From the NCBI GenBank assembly GCA_963666975.2, contig CAXVYR010000004.1:2144001-2208000 (forward strand): 64,000 bases of DNA, read 5' to 3'. The stretch comes from Terriglobia bacterium. GTDB taxonomy: Bacteria > Acidobacteriota > Terriglobia > 2-12-FULL-54-10. The position numbers and the translations under genes were made by a program. Positions 10,204 through 19,046 of the stretch are shown piece after piece (positions within the stretch are counted from its first letter, which is position 1; every line of letters starts with the position of its first letter). A model generated the notes under the pieces. It searched no databases. It was given only the letters and a program-made list of their open reading frames with translations, and was not told where the DNA came from.

Positions 10204-10744
10204 TCTTTTGATCCCGGCAGTTTTCTTGGTTGTCTGCGCCGCGGCGCAGGCGCAGTCGCCCGCCTATGGCGTGGGCAGAACGCCGAGCGCCAAAGCAATT
10301 CGTGCGTGGGACATCGCCATTGGACCCGAGGGAAAGGAACTTCCGCCAGGAAAAGGAACCGCGAAAGAAGGCGCCACGATCTACGCACAGCGGTGTGCGG
10401 CGTGCCACGGGCAGACGGGAACGGAAGGACCGTTCAGCCGCTTAGTGGGCGGCCAAGGAACACTGAACACCAATCGCCCTGTAAAGACGGTTGGAAGCTA
10501 CTGGCCATTTGCCACGACGATATGGGATTACATCAACCGCGCCATGCCCGACGATAAACCGGGATCGCTGAGCGCAGACCAAGTTTACGCGGTGACGGCG
10601 TTTCTCCTCTACCGGAATGGCATCATCCAGGAAAGCGACGTAATCGACGCCAAAAGTTTGCCGAAAATCCAAATGCCGAATCGCAATGGATTTGTTTCCG
10701 ATCCACGGCCGGATTGGAAAACGCCGTCTGGCGGTCGTAACTGA
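10190..10744 (+). CDS. soxD: SoxD-like monoheme cytochrome c
   Basis: CAACH heme motif, KTVGSYWPFATTIWDYINRAMP, MPNRNGF; overlaps soxC stop. Confidence 0.88.
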   Translation: MRWSDLLIPAVFLVVCAAAQAQSPAYGVGRTPSAKAIRAWDIAIGPEGKELPPGKGTAKEGATIYAQRCAACHGQTGTEGPFSRLVGGQGTLNTNRPVKTVGSYWPFATTIWDYINRAMPDDKPGSLSADQVYAVTAFLLYRNGIIQESDVIDAKSLPKIQMPNRNGFVSDPRPDWKTPSGGRN

Positions 10745-10801
10745 ACCGCGTGAGCAGAATTAGCAGTGGTTAAAGCAATTTCAGAGTTGGTGTAAAACGC
10801 C

Positions 10802-11887
10802 TTGCTTATAAATCCATCCGAGCCGCGAGACGAAAAGAAAACCCTCGAGCAATTCGACGCGGAATTAGCAAAGCTCCATATGCGCGGCCAGTGGAAGGCC
10901 GATGAACTGCTGGTCCAAACGATAGGCGGGCCGAAACCGGGAGGGAGCCCTTGCGTCTGGAAATGGTCCGCAGTCCATCCGCTGCTGCTGGAAGCGTGCG
11001 ATGTGCTGCCGGAAAGTTTCACGGCCCGACGTCACCTAGGCTTTATAAATCCCGGGCTGGAGCGGGGAGGAGCCACCCACACCATCCGCATGGGGCTGCA
11101 AATGGTGAGGCCGGGGGAGATCGCATGGGCTCACCGGCACACCATCGCAGCGCTTCGCTTTGTGGTCGCAGGGAGCAATCAGGCATACACCGTCGTCGAT
11201 GGCGAGGTCTGCCCCATGGAAAACTACGATTTGATTCTGACCCCGCAGTGGAGCTGGCACGATCATCACAACGAAAGCGGCGAAAACATCATCTGGCTGG
11301 ACGTTCTCGACGCCTCGTTGATTGCCTCGCTGAACGCAACGTTCTACGAGCCGTACGGGGAAAAACGCCAGCAAGTGAGGCGGTCCGGTGAGGAAGGCTT
11401 CCTTCCGGAGCGGGCAGGAGCCCAGCAACTGCCGCTGCGATACCCGTGGAGCGAAGCGGAGAAGCTGCTTGAAAAAATGGCGCACCTGGAAGGAAGCTCT
11501 TACGACGGTCTCTCCCTGGAGTATGTGAACCCCATGACGGGCGGCCCTGCGCTGCCGACACTGGGGTGCCGGGTGCAGATGTTGCGGCCGGGGGAGAGCA
11601 CGCAGGCTCACCGGCACATCTCGAGCGCCGTTTATTTTGTGGTGCGAGGAGAAGGCGAAACCGTTGTGGGAGACGAGCGGCTGGAATGGAACCGGCACGA
11701 TTCCTTTGCCGTCCCCAATTGGAGCTGGCACCGGCACATCAACCGCTCGAAGACGGACGCAGCCATTCTGTTCTCCGTAAACGATACTCCCGTATTTCAG
11801 GCGCTCGGTTTATACCGGGAAGAGCCGGAGAATTCCTTGCAACAGGCGGCGGCTCCCTTAGCGCCCGCTCCATTAGCAGGTTGTTGA
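10802..11887 (+). CDS. Gentisate 1,2-dioxygenase-like bicupin
   Basis: AWAHRHT..ALRFV, TPQWSWHDHHN, YVNPMTGGP..PT, HRH, PNWSWHRH. Confidence 0.88.
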   Translation: MLINPSEPRDEKKTLEQFDAELAKLHMRGQWKADELLVQTIGGPKPGGSPCVWKWSAVHPLLLEACDVLPESFTARRHLGFINPGLERGGATHTIRMGLQMVRPGEIAWAHRHTIAALRFVVAGSNQAYTVVDGEVCPMENYDLILTPQWSWHDHHNESGENIIWLDVLDASLIASLNATFYEPYGEKRQQVRRSGEEGFLPERAGAQQLPLRYPWSEAEKLLEKMAHLEGSSYDGLSLEYVNPMTGGPALPTLGCRVQMLRPGESTQAHRHISSAVYFVVRGEGETVVGDERLEWNRHDSFAVPNWSWHRHINRSKTDAAILFSVNDTPVFQALGLYREEPENSLQQAAAPLAPAPLAGC

Positions 11888-12107
11888 AAAACACCCTTTG
11901 TCCGCTCCCTCACGGGGTCCCCAACGCGCTGCTTTCAGCGCGATGGGGTGTCTCACGACCGCAGCTTGGAATCGGCCTGCTGATTGGGCTGCACTGACCG
12001 AGCCGCGCGCGCCTGTCCCGCCTGCCCTGCCTGCCCTGAGCGAAGCCGAAGGGAGCGAAGCCGAGGGATTAGCAAGCGGACCCTTACACCAGTTTTTCAA
12101 CAACCTC
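11877..12107. mobile_element. MITE with 15-bp perfect TIRs and TTAG flanks
   Basis: AGGTTGTTGAAAAAC (11878-11892) / GTTTTTCAACAACCT (12092-12106); TTAG at 11873-11876 and 12108-12111; internal nested REP. Confidence 0.8.
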
Positions 12108-12119
12108 TTAGGGACGCAT

Positions 12120-12257
12120 ATGGCGGAAGACCCAGAAGCTCTCCAAAATTTGGACCTCCCGACGCTGACCGTCCGGGGACTGGCGAAGGAGTTTAGCCCC
12201 GGCATGATCTTGATGATGACCGGCATCGGAACCAGTCATTTGATCACCGCGCCGGTA
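12120..12257 (+). pseudogene. 5' fragment of an NRAMP-like metal transporter
   Basis: MAEDP...FSPGMILMMTGIGTSHLITAPV resembles TM1 of NRAMP-related transporters; ends abruptly at IS remnant. Confidence 0.55.
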
Positions 12258-12614
12258 GCGGCATCCCGAGCATCGGCGGATGCGGCAGAAATTGCGAGCC
12301 CCAGCAGGGCGAGCCATTTATCAGCGGCGCAAAGCAATCGTGGAACCGGTGATCGGAGTCTTGAAAGAACAACGTGGAATGCGACAGTTCCGGCGTCGGG
12401 GTCTGACAAAGGTTGCGGTCGAACTGGCTCTGGCTGCCACCGCCTTCAACTTCACACGCCTGCGGCACGCAAACCCGGCGCTGCAGTGTGCGCGCTAAGC
12501 GCGGGGAAGCTGGCACGACCGATTTTGTCGGAACTGAATACTGTAAATTCATAGGCCTATATCTCAAAACCGGCAACTCGTTTCGCAAAAGTGGTTCCGT
12601 TTTCACACAGACTC
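12258..12614 (+). mobile_element. 3' remnant of IS1182-family element (transposase tail plus end)
   Basis: RHPEHRRMRQKLR...YQRRKAIVEPV.GVLKEQRGMRQFRRRGL matches 62894-63135; end GTTTTCACACAGACTCT identical to the end at 62780. Confidence 0.9.
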
Positions 12615-12732
12615 TGGAGCCATGCCCTGACGCGGAATCAGACGTGACAATTGGCCCACTCCCGGCGAGTCCAGACCATTGATTTCCTGCCCGGCCTGCT
12701 GTATAGTCTGATGCACGCCTTCTGGGAAAACT

Positions 12733-15594
12733 ATGAAACGAAAAAGATATCTGCTTAGCCTTGCTCTTTTTGCCGCTGCTTTGTTGGTTCCGAACTTCCA
12801 CGTTGTTGCGGCCACCTTATCCGGCACAATTTCGGACACCGAAGGGGCCACCGTCGCCGGGGCTCAAATCATCGTCCGGCAGCCCGATACAGATTTCTCC
12901 GAGATGGTGCTGACGGAAGAAGACGGAAGCTATTTTCTGGAATCGCTTCCTCCGGGAGTTTATACCGTTACCGTTAGAAAATCGGGGTATGCCGACCTGA
13001 CTCAGGGACGAGTCACTGCCGGCGACCCGGCGGAACCCGTGCGGCTGAACCTGCGGCTACAGTCCAGCCAGGAACAAACTACGGTCCGGGCAACCGAGGA
13101 ACTGAATCCCAACATCTTTATCGTGAAGCTGGATACAAATGAAATAAACAGAAATTTGGACAAGCGGGGAGCCAACATTCAATTCCTCCGGGAGTTTCGG
13201 TCGCAGGAGAATAATTACGGAGCAATGTACGGCCACCCGCTGCGGAGGGCAGATTTGCTCCGGCCCAGATCGCCGCTGAGGAACTTCCACGGCTCCCTGT
13301 ACAATTCGCATCAGAACAGCGCCCTCAACGCCCGCTCTTTTTTCACCGTGGGCAGCCTCAGGCCGTCCCGGCGAAATCAGTACGGGGCTACGTTGGGTGG
13401 GCCCCTCTTCAGCGACAAGCTGTCTTTCGATTTCGCCTGGAGCCAGACCCGGGATTCCGGGTTTGTGAATGGAAACGTTCAGGTGCCCCTGGAGAGCGAA
13501 AGGACTCCTCGCTCTTCGGACCCGCAGGTGAACGCCGTCATCGCGAGACTGCTCGAAGGATTTCCCGGAGACCTTCCCAACCTTCCGGACGTCAGCCCGC
13601 GTCAACTGAATACGAATGCGCTTCGGGACATCCGCAGAACGGCCTTTTCCACCCGGCTGGATTACCGGCCCGGCGAGGCGGATCAAATCGCCTTTGAGCA
13701 AAGGTTTTTGGATGCGACCGAGGTGCCGTTTGAAATCGTAGCCGGGCAAAACCCGGATACTTTTCTCCGGCCGCAGAGCACCCATCTGACGCACACCCAC
13801 ACTTTCTCTCCCAATACTCTCTCCCGGCTCTCCGTTGATTTTGACCGCCTGGCGGTTGTGCTCAATATTACGGACCGGTATAGAAATCTGCTCGCCCCGT
13901 TGGGAATTGACGTGGTTCCGGAATATGCTTTCGGCCAAGAAATCTCGGCGCTGGGGAGCGGGGGCCGTGGGTCGAGCCTTCCCCGCAGGCGAGTGGAGAA
14001 TCGGTTTTCTTTTGCTCCGGAAGTAACCCGCGTCCTCGGAAAACACACTCTTTCAGCCGGATTCCGAATCACCCGGTTGCGAATTAATGATCTGCAAAGC
14101 GATAACTCCCGAGGCCAGTTTTCCTTCACCCGGGACTTCGGTCGCTCCGCCGTGGAGAATTTCCTGCACGGAACACCCACCTCGTTTACGATTGCCCTCG
14201 GAGATCTCTATCGCGGATTTCGCAACTGGGAAAACGCCTTCTATTTGCAGGACACCATCCGGGCCAGTTCCCGCTGGACGCTTTCGCTCGGACTGCGATA
14301 CGAAATGGTGACGGCGCCGAACGAGGTGAACGGCCTCACTTCGATTGCCTACTCGACCGACGCCAATAACTTCGCTCCGCAGTTCGGTTTCGCATGGAAT
14401 CCAGGCGGGGGGAAGACGGTCGTGCGCGGCGGCTATGGGATTGCCTTCGGGTCCGTCTTTCCGATCCTCTACCAGCGGGCGCGCTTTAACCCGCCCGAAG
14501 TGCAGGTGATCAAAATTGATAATCCTGACCTGCTTAATCCTTTGGGCGGCGCCGCCGAAGTGAAGAGATCAGAGTTGAATCTGCTGAGTCCGGACTTGGT
14601 GGCTCCCTACTCGCACATGTATAACTTCGGCATCGAGCGAGAACTGCCGGCGAATCTGTTTTTCCGGATCGGATATATCGGGAGCCGCACGTTCAAATTG
14701 CCAACCCGTGCCATCTCCAACCGGGCCCAGCCGGTTCCGGGACTCTGCGAGGAGCGGGAGGGTTTCCCTTTTCTTTGGTGCGGGACGAATACGACCAACC
14801 TCAGGCGGCCTGATCAGCGGTTCGCACAGATCTCAACCGTCACGAGCGGCGGCATTAGCTATTTTGACGGCCTGCAGGTTGCCGTGGACAAGCGCATGGG
14901 CCGGGGATTGACCTGGAATGCCCGCTACACATTCAGCAAGGCCATTACCACTTCAGATACGCATTTTGCACAGATCGGAACAGGCTTCCACAACAGCACC
15001 ATTGAGGACGTCTTCGGCGACCTGAGAGGGCTCGCGCGGTTTGACACTCCGCACGCGCTGACGCTCGGCTACCGGTTTGAGCTTCCCTGGGCGCGCAACC
15101 AGCGAGGAATCCGGTCCCTGCTGCTGGGTGGATGGAACATTTCCGGGACGACCACCTTCCGATCGGGCACTCCCACCCACGCGCATACCGGTTCGGATTC
15201 TCCCGGCTTTGGAAACGCGGACGGAGTGGGCGGGGACAGGCCAAACCTGCTGAACCCTGCGATTCTTTGGAAGAGCGTGGATCACCCGGATACCGCCCGC
15301 TTCATCTTGGCCAAGGAAAATTTCGATACGATCATCCCGCCGGGAGGGCGGGGGAATCTTGGCTATCAGACTTTCCGGAACGACGGCACGCATAATTGGA
15401 ATATCGCCGTCGCGAAGGATTTCCCTGCCGGGGAAACGGGCACTTTTCAACTTCGCACCGAGTTTCTCAACTCCTTCAACCAGCCGCAATTTGACGAAGC
15501 GAGGCACGTGATATCCGCAGACACCTTCGGAAGAATCCTGAATACGTCAAACAAGGGACGCGTCATCCAGATCATGCTGCAATTTCGCATGTAA
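12733..15594 (+). CDS. TonB-dependent receptor, acidobacterial Oar-like type with N-terminal carboxypeptidase-regulatory-like domain
   Basis: Signal peptide, LSGTISD..GA.V.GA, NSALNARSFF, RNQYGATLGGP, YLQDT...LSLGLRYE, NFAPQFGFAW, LRTEFLNSFNQPQF. Confidence 0.9.
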   Translation: MKRKRYLLSLALFAAALLVPNFHVVAATLSGTISDTEGATVAGAQIIVRQPDTDFSEMVLTEEDGSYFLESLPPGVYTVTVRKSGYADLTQGRVTAGDPAEPVRLNLRLQSSQEQTTVRATEELNPNIFIVKLDTNEINRNLDKRGANIQFLREFRSQENNYGAMYGHPLRRADLLRPRSPLRNFHGSLYNSHQNSALNARSFFTVGSLRPSRRNQYGATLGGPLFSDKLSFDFAWSQTRDSGFVNGNVQVPLESERTPRSSDPQVNAVIARLLEGFPGDLPNLPDVSPRQLNTNALRDIRRTAFSTRLDYRPGEADQIAFEQRFLDATEVPFEIVAGQNPDTFLRPQSTHLTHTHTFSPNTLSRLSVDFDRLAVVLNITDRYRNLLAPLGIDVVPEYAFGQEISALGSGGRGSSLPRRRVENRFSFAPEVTRVLGKHTLSAGFRITRLRINDLQSDNSRGQFSFTRDFGRSAVENFLHGTPTSFTIALGDLYRGFRNWENAFYLQDTIRASSRWTLSLGLRYEMVTAPNEVNGLTSIAYSTDANNFAPQFGFAWNPGGGKTVVRGGYGIAFGSVFPILYQRARFNPPEVQVIKIDNPDLLNPLGGAAEVKRSELNLLSPDLVAPYSHMYNFGIERELPANLFFRIGYIGSRTFKLPTRAISNRAQPVPGLCEEREGFPFLWCGTNTTNLRRPDQRFAQISTVTSGGISYFDGLQVAVDKRMGRGLTWNARYTFSKAITTSDTHFAQIGTGFHNSTIEDVFGDLRGLARFDTPHALTLGYRFELPWARNQRGIRSLLLGGWNISGTTTFRSGTPTHAHTGSDSPGFGNADGVGGDRPNLLNPAILWKSVDHPDTARFILAKENFDTIIPPGGRGNLGYQTFRNDGTHNWNIAVAKDFPAGETGTFQLRTEFLNSFNQPQFDEARHVISADTFGRILNTSNKGRVIQIMLQFRM

Positions 15595-15629
15595 CGAAAC
15601 CTTTCCCCGCTCCCCCCGTTCTGCAAACC

Positions 15630-16010
15630 TAAAGCAAATTCATGGTTGCTGTATAGCTTCCCAGAACGCTCGTGAAGCCCCAGAGGGGCGCAAGAGTTTA
15701 GCCCACGGCGCCAGCCGTGGGTGGGAAAGGCCACGCCGGATCAGCCCCGGAAGAGCCTGCCCTGAGCTTGCCGAAGGGGGCGAAAGAAGAGGGCCGGAGC
15801 GTCTTTCGCCCCTCTGGGGCTTGAGGTAATATCGGTCCCCGTTGTCCCAGGGCTTACGCCCTGGGTTAGATTCTGCCGCCCTTGCAGGGCTGTGAAGCAC
15901 TCTACACCAACTCTGAAATTGGTCTGGAGCAGCAGTTTCACAGTAGCTGTATAGCAATCCGAGATGTCATTCCGAGGGTTGAAGGCTTTTCGGCCCGAGG
16001 AATCTGCTTG
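15630..16010. repeat. MITE/REP cluster (CCCAGGGCTTACGCCCTGGG and GTCATTCCGAGG..CCCGAGGAATC types)
   Basis: Multiple palindromes; end motif CTACACCAACTCTGAAA (15903-15919) matches 8598, 10779 and 48645 in reverse; 24-bp unit inserted near 15757. Confidence 0.7.
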
Positions 16011-16070
16011 AAAAGCGGTTTCAGGTTCTGGAAACGAGCCCGCCGCGCCTCCCCTTGCATGCCGCTGTTT

Positions 16071-17969
16071 CTAATAATCGTAGGCCGGCTTATTTTCATA
16101 GGTAATTTGAATGCCGGCAGGCTGCTTCCCAAGCTCCGGGGCATAGTCCTCGTGCAGAAAAACCACATTGCCTCCGACAACCGTCATCAACGGATAGGTG
16201 TTGGCAATTTCGTCCACCGGCTGCACGGTGAAGTAGTCCTGGTTCAAGACCAGGAAATCAGCCAGTTTGCCCGGCTCCAGCGTCCCGATCCGGTCCTCCC
16301 GCAACATGTAATAGGAAGGCCAGGAGGTCATCATCTTCATCAGAATTTCCCGTTCCACGGCCTCGTCCGGCGCAACCATATATCCCTTGTGATTCTTCCG
16401 GGTGATCAGCGGAACCGCATCATAAAAGTAGGTGGTGCTGTTCGTGCCCCGCACGCCGGCTTCGTTTTCAAAGACCACCCTGACCCCGCCCTCCAACAAA
16501 CTGCGGATGGGGGAAATCCACTTCTGATACTGCATCCCGTACAGCTCCAGCCAGGGATAGGTCCGGTCCAAAACGTTTCCGCCACAACTGATGATCATCC
16601 CCAGCCGGGCCATGCGGGGGATCTGGTCGGGACGGGGATAGAGCCCGCAGTGATCCGAGCTGAAGCGCCGCGAGCGGACATAGTCCAGGGTGATGCTGGG
16701 CTCCTCGCGCATCGCCCTTTCGATGGAGTCCATAAAGTAATCGACGCCCCGGTCGGCGTAGGCGTGTCCCAGAGAGACCCGCTCCCTGGAGACGAGAGCG
16801 GCGTAGATACCTTCTGCCTGCGAAGTCCCCGGAGCATTTTTGCAATACTCCCGTTTCTTGATCTCCGGGCGGGACGGGATCGAGGAGCAGAACATGGGCG
16901 GGCCGTCGTCAATGTTGCCCACGCCTGCTCCTGTAGTCCAAAAGTAGTCGCTGCCCATGCCCGCCATATCGCCCAGACGGCGGTAAAAACTGGCCGGGTC
17001 CGGATTGTTCTGGAAGCCGAAGTAGTGAGTGTAGGCAAAGCGGACCGGCATTCTGTCCTGGCTCTCCAGCAGCCGGTAGGCATCCATAAAGCGCAGACCC
17101 ATCAGGTGCGAGGTGAAGGTCGTGATTCCGACCGCGGCGTTTTTCAGCAGTCCGTCCCGGACGACATCAGCCAGTTCCGGAATGTGGTCTTTGAAGTATC
17201 CGTCCACCACCAGGGCCCGGCCGTAGAGCACCAGTCCCCCCTGCTGGTTCTCGTCCATCTCCTCGTTTTCACCCATCGGCGGCTCAAATCCGTAGAGGTC
17301 CACGATGGCCTGCTTGGCCGCGTCGTTAATCATGTAGGCCGGGTGGGCCGCGATGAAGACGGGAACTTCCGGTGACAGGCTGTTGAGATAGCTGACCGCC
17401 ATTTTGTGGTCCTGCACGTACTTCACGCCGGGCCCCATGCCGGAACCGCCGTCTTCCGTGTTCAGATAGAGAAACGCCCACTGGCCTTCCGGAGCGTTGC
17501 CCATGCTCTCCTTCAGCGCTACCTCGATTCCCCGCGTAATCTCCTCGTCGGTTTTCCCGCCAACGAAAAACAGCCGGGAATATCTGTCTATGATCTCTGG
17601 ATTGTCCTCAATCCAGTTCTGCACTTCGCGGTTGTGGATGTGGGTGTGAGAATCAATGATTCCCGGAATTACCGTGTGCCCGCCGAGATCGATGCGTTCC
17701 GTATTGGGCCCGGCCAGAGACAGGATCTCGTCGTTGCTGCCGATCTCGAAGATTTCATCGCCGCGAATCGCCATGGCCTCGACGATGGCGCCGAGGTTGG
17801 TCGTGGTCGACTCATCATCCATGGTCACAATCTTGCCGTTATAGACAATCAGGCTCGGGTAGGTCACCAGCTTTCGCGGAACCGTAACCGAATCCTGCGC
17901 GCTAAGGAAAGCGGCCATAGAGAACACCACGAGGACCGCCAAGACCAATCGGGCAGCATATTTCATCAC
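16071..17969 (-). CDS. Secreted YtcJ-like amidohydrolase
   Basis: Signal peptide, YNGKIVT, DLGGHTVIPGIIDSHTH, IGTLEPGKLADFLVL. Confidence 0.9.
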   Translation of the reverse strand: MMKYAARLVLAVLVVFSMAAFLSAQDSVTVPRKLVTYPSLIVYNGKIVTMDDESTTTNLGAIVEAMAIRGDEIFEIGSNDEILSLAGPNTERIDLGGHTVIPGIIDSHTHIHNREVQNWIEDNPEIIDRYSRLFFVGGKTDEEITRGIEVALKESMGNAPEGQWAFLYLNTEDGGSGMGPGVKYVQDHKMAVSYLNSLSPEVPVFIAAHPAYMINDAAKQAIVDLYGFEPPMGENEEMDENQQGGLVLYGRALVVDGYFKDHIPELADVVRDGLLKNAAVGITTFTSHLMGLRFMDAYRLLESQDRMPVRFAYTHYFGFQNNPDPASFYRRLGDMAGMGSDYFWTTGAGVGNIDDGPPMFCSSIPSRPEIKKREYCKNAPGTSQAEGIYAALVSRERVSLGHAYADRGVDYFMDSIERAMREEPSITLDYVRSRRFSSDHCGLYPRPDQIPRMARLGMIISCGGNVLDRTYPWLELYGMQYQKWISPIRSLLEGGVRVVFENEAGVRGTNSTTYFYDAVPLITRKNHKGYMVAPDEAVEREILMKMMTSWPSYYMLREDRIGTLEPGKLADFLVLNQDYFTVQPVDEIANTYPLMTVVGGNVVFLHEDYAPELGKQPAGIQITYENKPAYDY

Positions 17970-18156
17970 TCATCTCCCTCCTTACGAAGGCATACTCTTC
18001 ACAGAGACTCAAAGTTTAGAGAAGTATTCGCTAGTGCAATAGCTCCGCTATTGCGCTGACTAAAATGAACCTGCAATCGAAAACAGCGGCCAGTCAACCC
18101 TTTGGGGGGCTCTTTCGTATCCGTTATCCCTGGCAAACAAACTACCCAACCATCGC

Positions 18157-18987
18157 TTACCCAACCACCGCCGAGAACAAGGGGATGGGTTCAATTCGCT
18201 GCTGGCGGAAATCCTGCTCGAACTGTTCCATCTCGGTAGGCGTCAGCGGATGGAGAAACTGTTCGTTTCGCTGCCGCAACTCCTGCACGTGGAGGCCGAC
18301 GACCTTCTGCCTGGCTTCTTCCAACGCTTCGAGCGGCGGGGCGGCCCGGGCCAGCTTCGGAATCATCTCCGAACCGTGGTGCAGCTCATCGGCGGCAACA
18401 CCGCGTTCATGCTTGGTGATGCGGTCGGAAAATTCATCGGTCACAGGAAGCTGCCCCATGACGTAGTGGAAGCCGACGGCGGCCCCTTCCCGGTTCATCA
18501 TGATGACGTCCCGGAGCCACTGCGAGCTTGCCTCGCGGGCCAGCTTGGCGCCCAAGTCAAAGTAGCCGTAATGCTCCGGCCAAAGAGCTTTTTTCATCCC
18601 CGGACCCGGCGCAAAGGCGTCGGAAACGTCTCCATACCCCCACATTTCCGGCACCTCGCAGGGCTTGCCATCCAAGTACCAGTTGAGAATCCGCATGTAA
18701 CCAAAATAATGTTCTGCCTCCTCAAAGCTGTCGGTGCTCGACTTCTGGATACTCTCGAGCGGCTCCATGTTTTTAGCCTTGCGGAACATCATGCCAGAGT
18801 GGAAAACCATCGCGCCGTATTCTTTGGTGGTCTGCAAAGCCAGCCAGTTCACGTCCCGGTCCCGATTCCTCCGCTCCGAGTACGCCAGAGCCAGCCGCTT
18901 CGCAGCCCCCGTGTAGCGCTCGATCATCCTCGCCAGTTCCTCGCGGACAAACTTTTCGTCCATCTCATTCTTTCTATCCAGCGCCAT
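18157..18987 (-). CDS. Ferritin-like (di-iron four-helix bundle) protein
   Basis: Pattern E (KEYG)...EEAEH...E (REGAA)...DELHH. Confidence 0.65.
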   Translation of the reverse strand: MALDRKNEMDEKFVREELARMIERYTGAAKRLALAYSERRNRDRDVNWLALQTTKEYGAMVFHSGMMFRKAKNMEPLESIQKSSTDSFEEAEHYFGYMRILNWYLDGKPCEVPEMWGYGDVSDAFAPGPGMKKALWPEHYGYFDLGAKLAREASSQWLRDVIMMNREGAAVGFHYVMGQLPVTDEFSDRITKHERGVAADELHHGSEMIPKLARAAPPLEALEEARQKVVGLHVQELRQRNEQFLHPLTPTEMEQFEQDFRQQRIEPIPLFSAVVG

Positions 18988-19046
18988 ATCGCACCTTCCT
19001 GAGAGCTTTAGTCGGTTTCTAGGGACTTCGGTCTAGTCTCCGCCCT

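Noticed and set aside
11898-12554. 218-aa ORF as a real gene
   Set aside because: Chimera of MITE sequence, a transporter fragment and out-of-frame IS sequence
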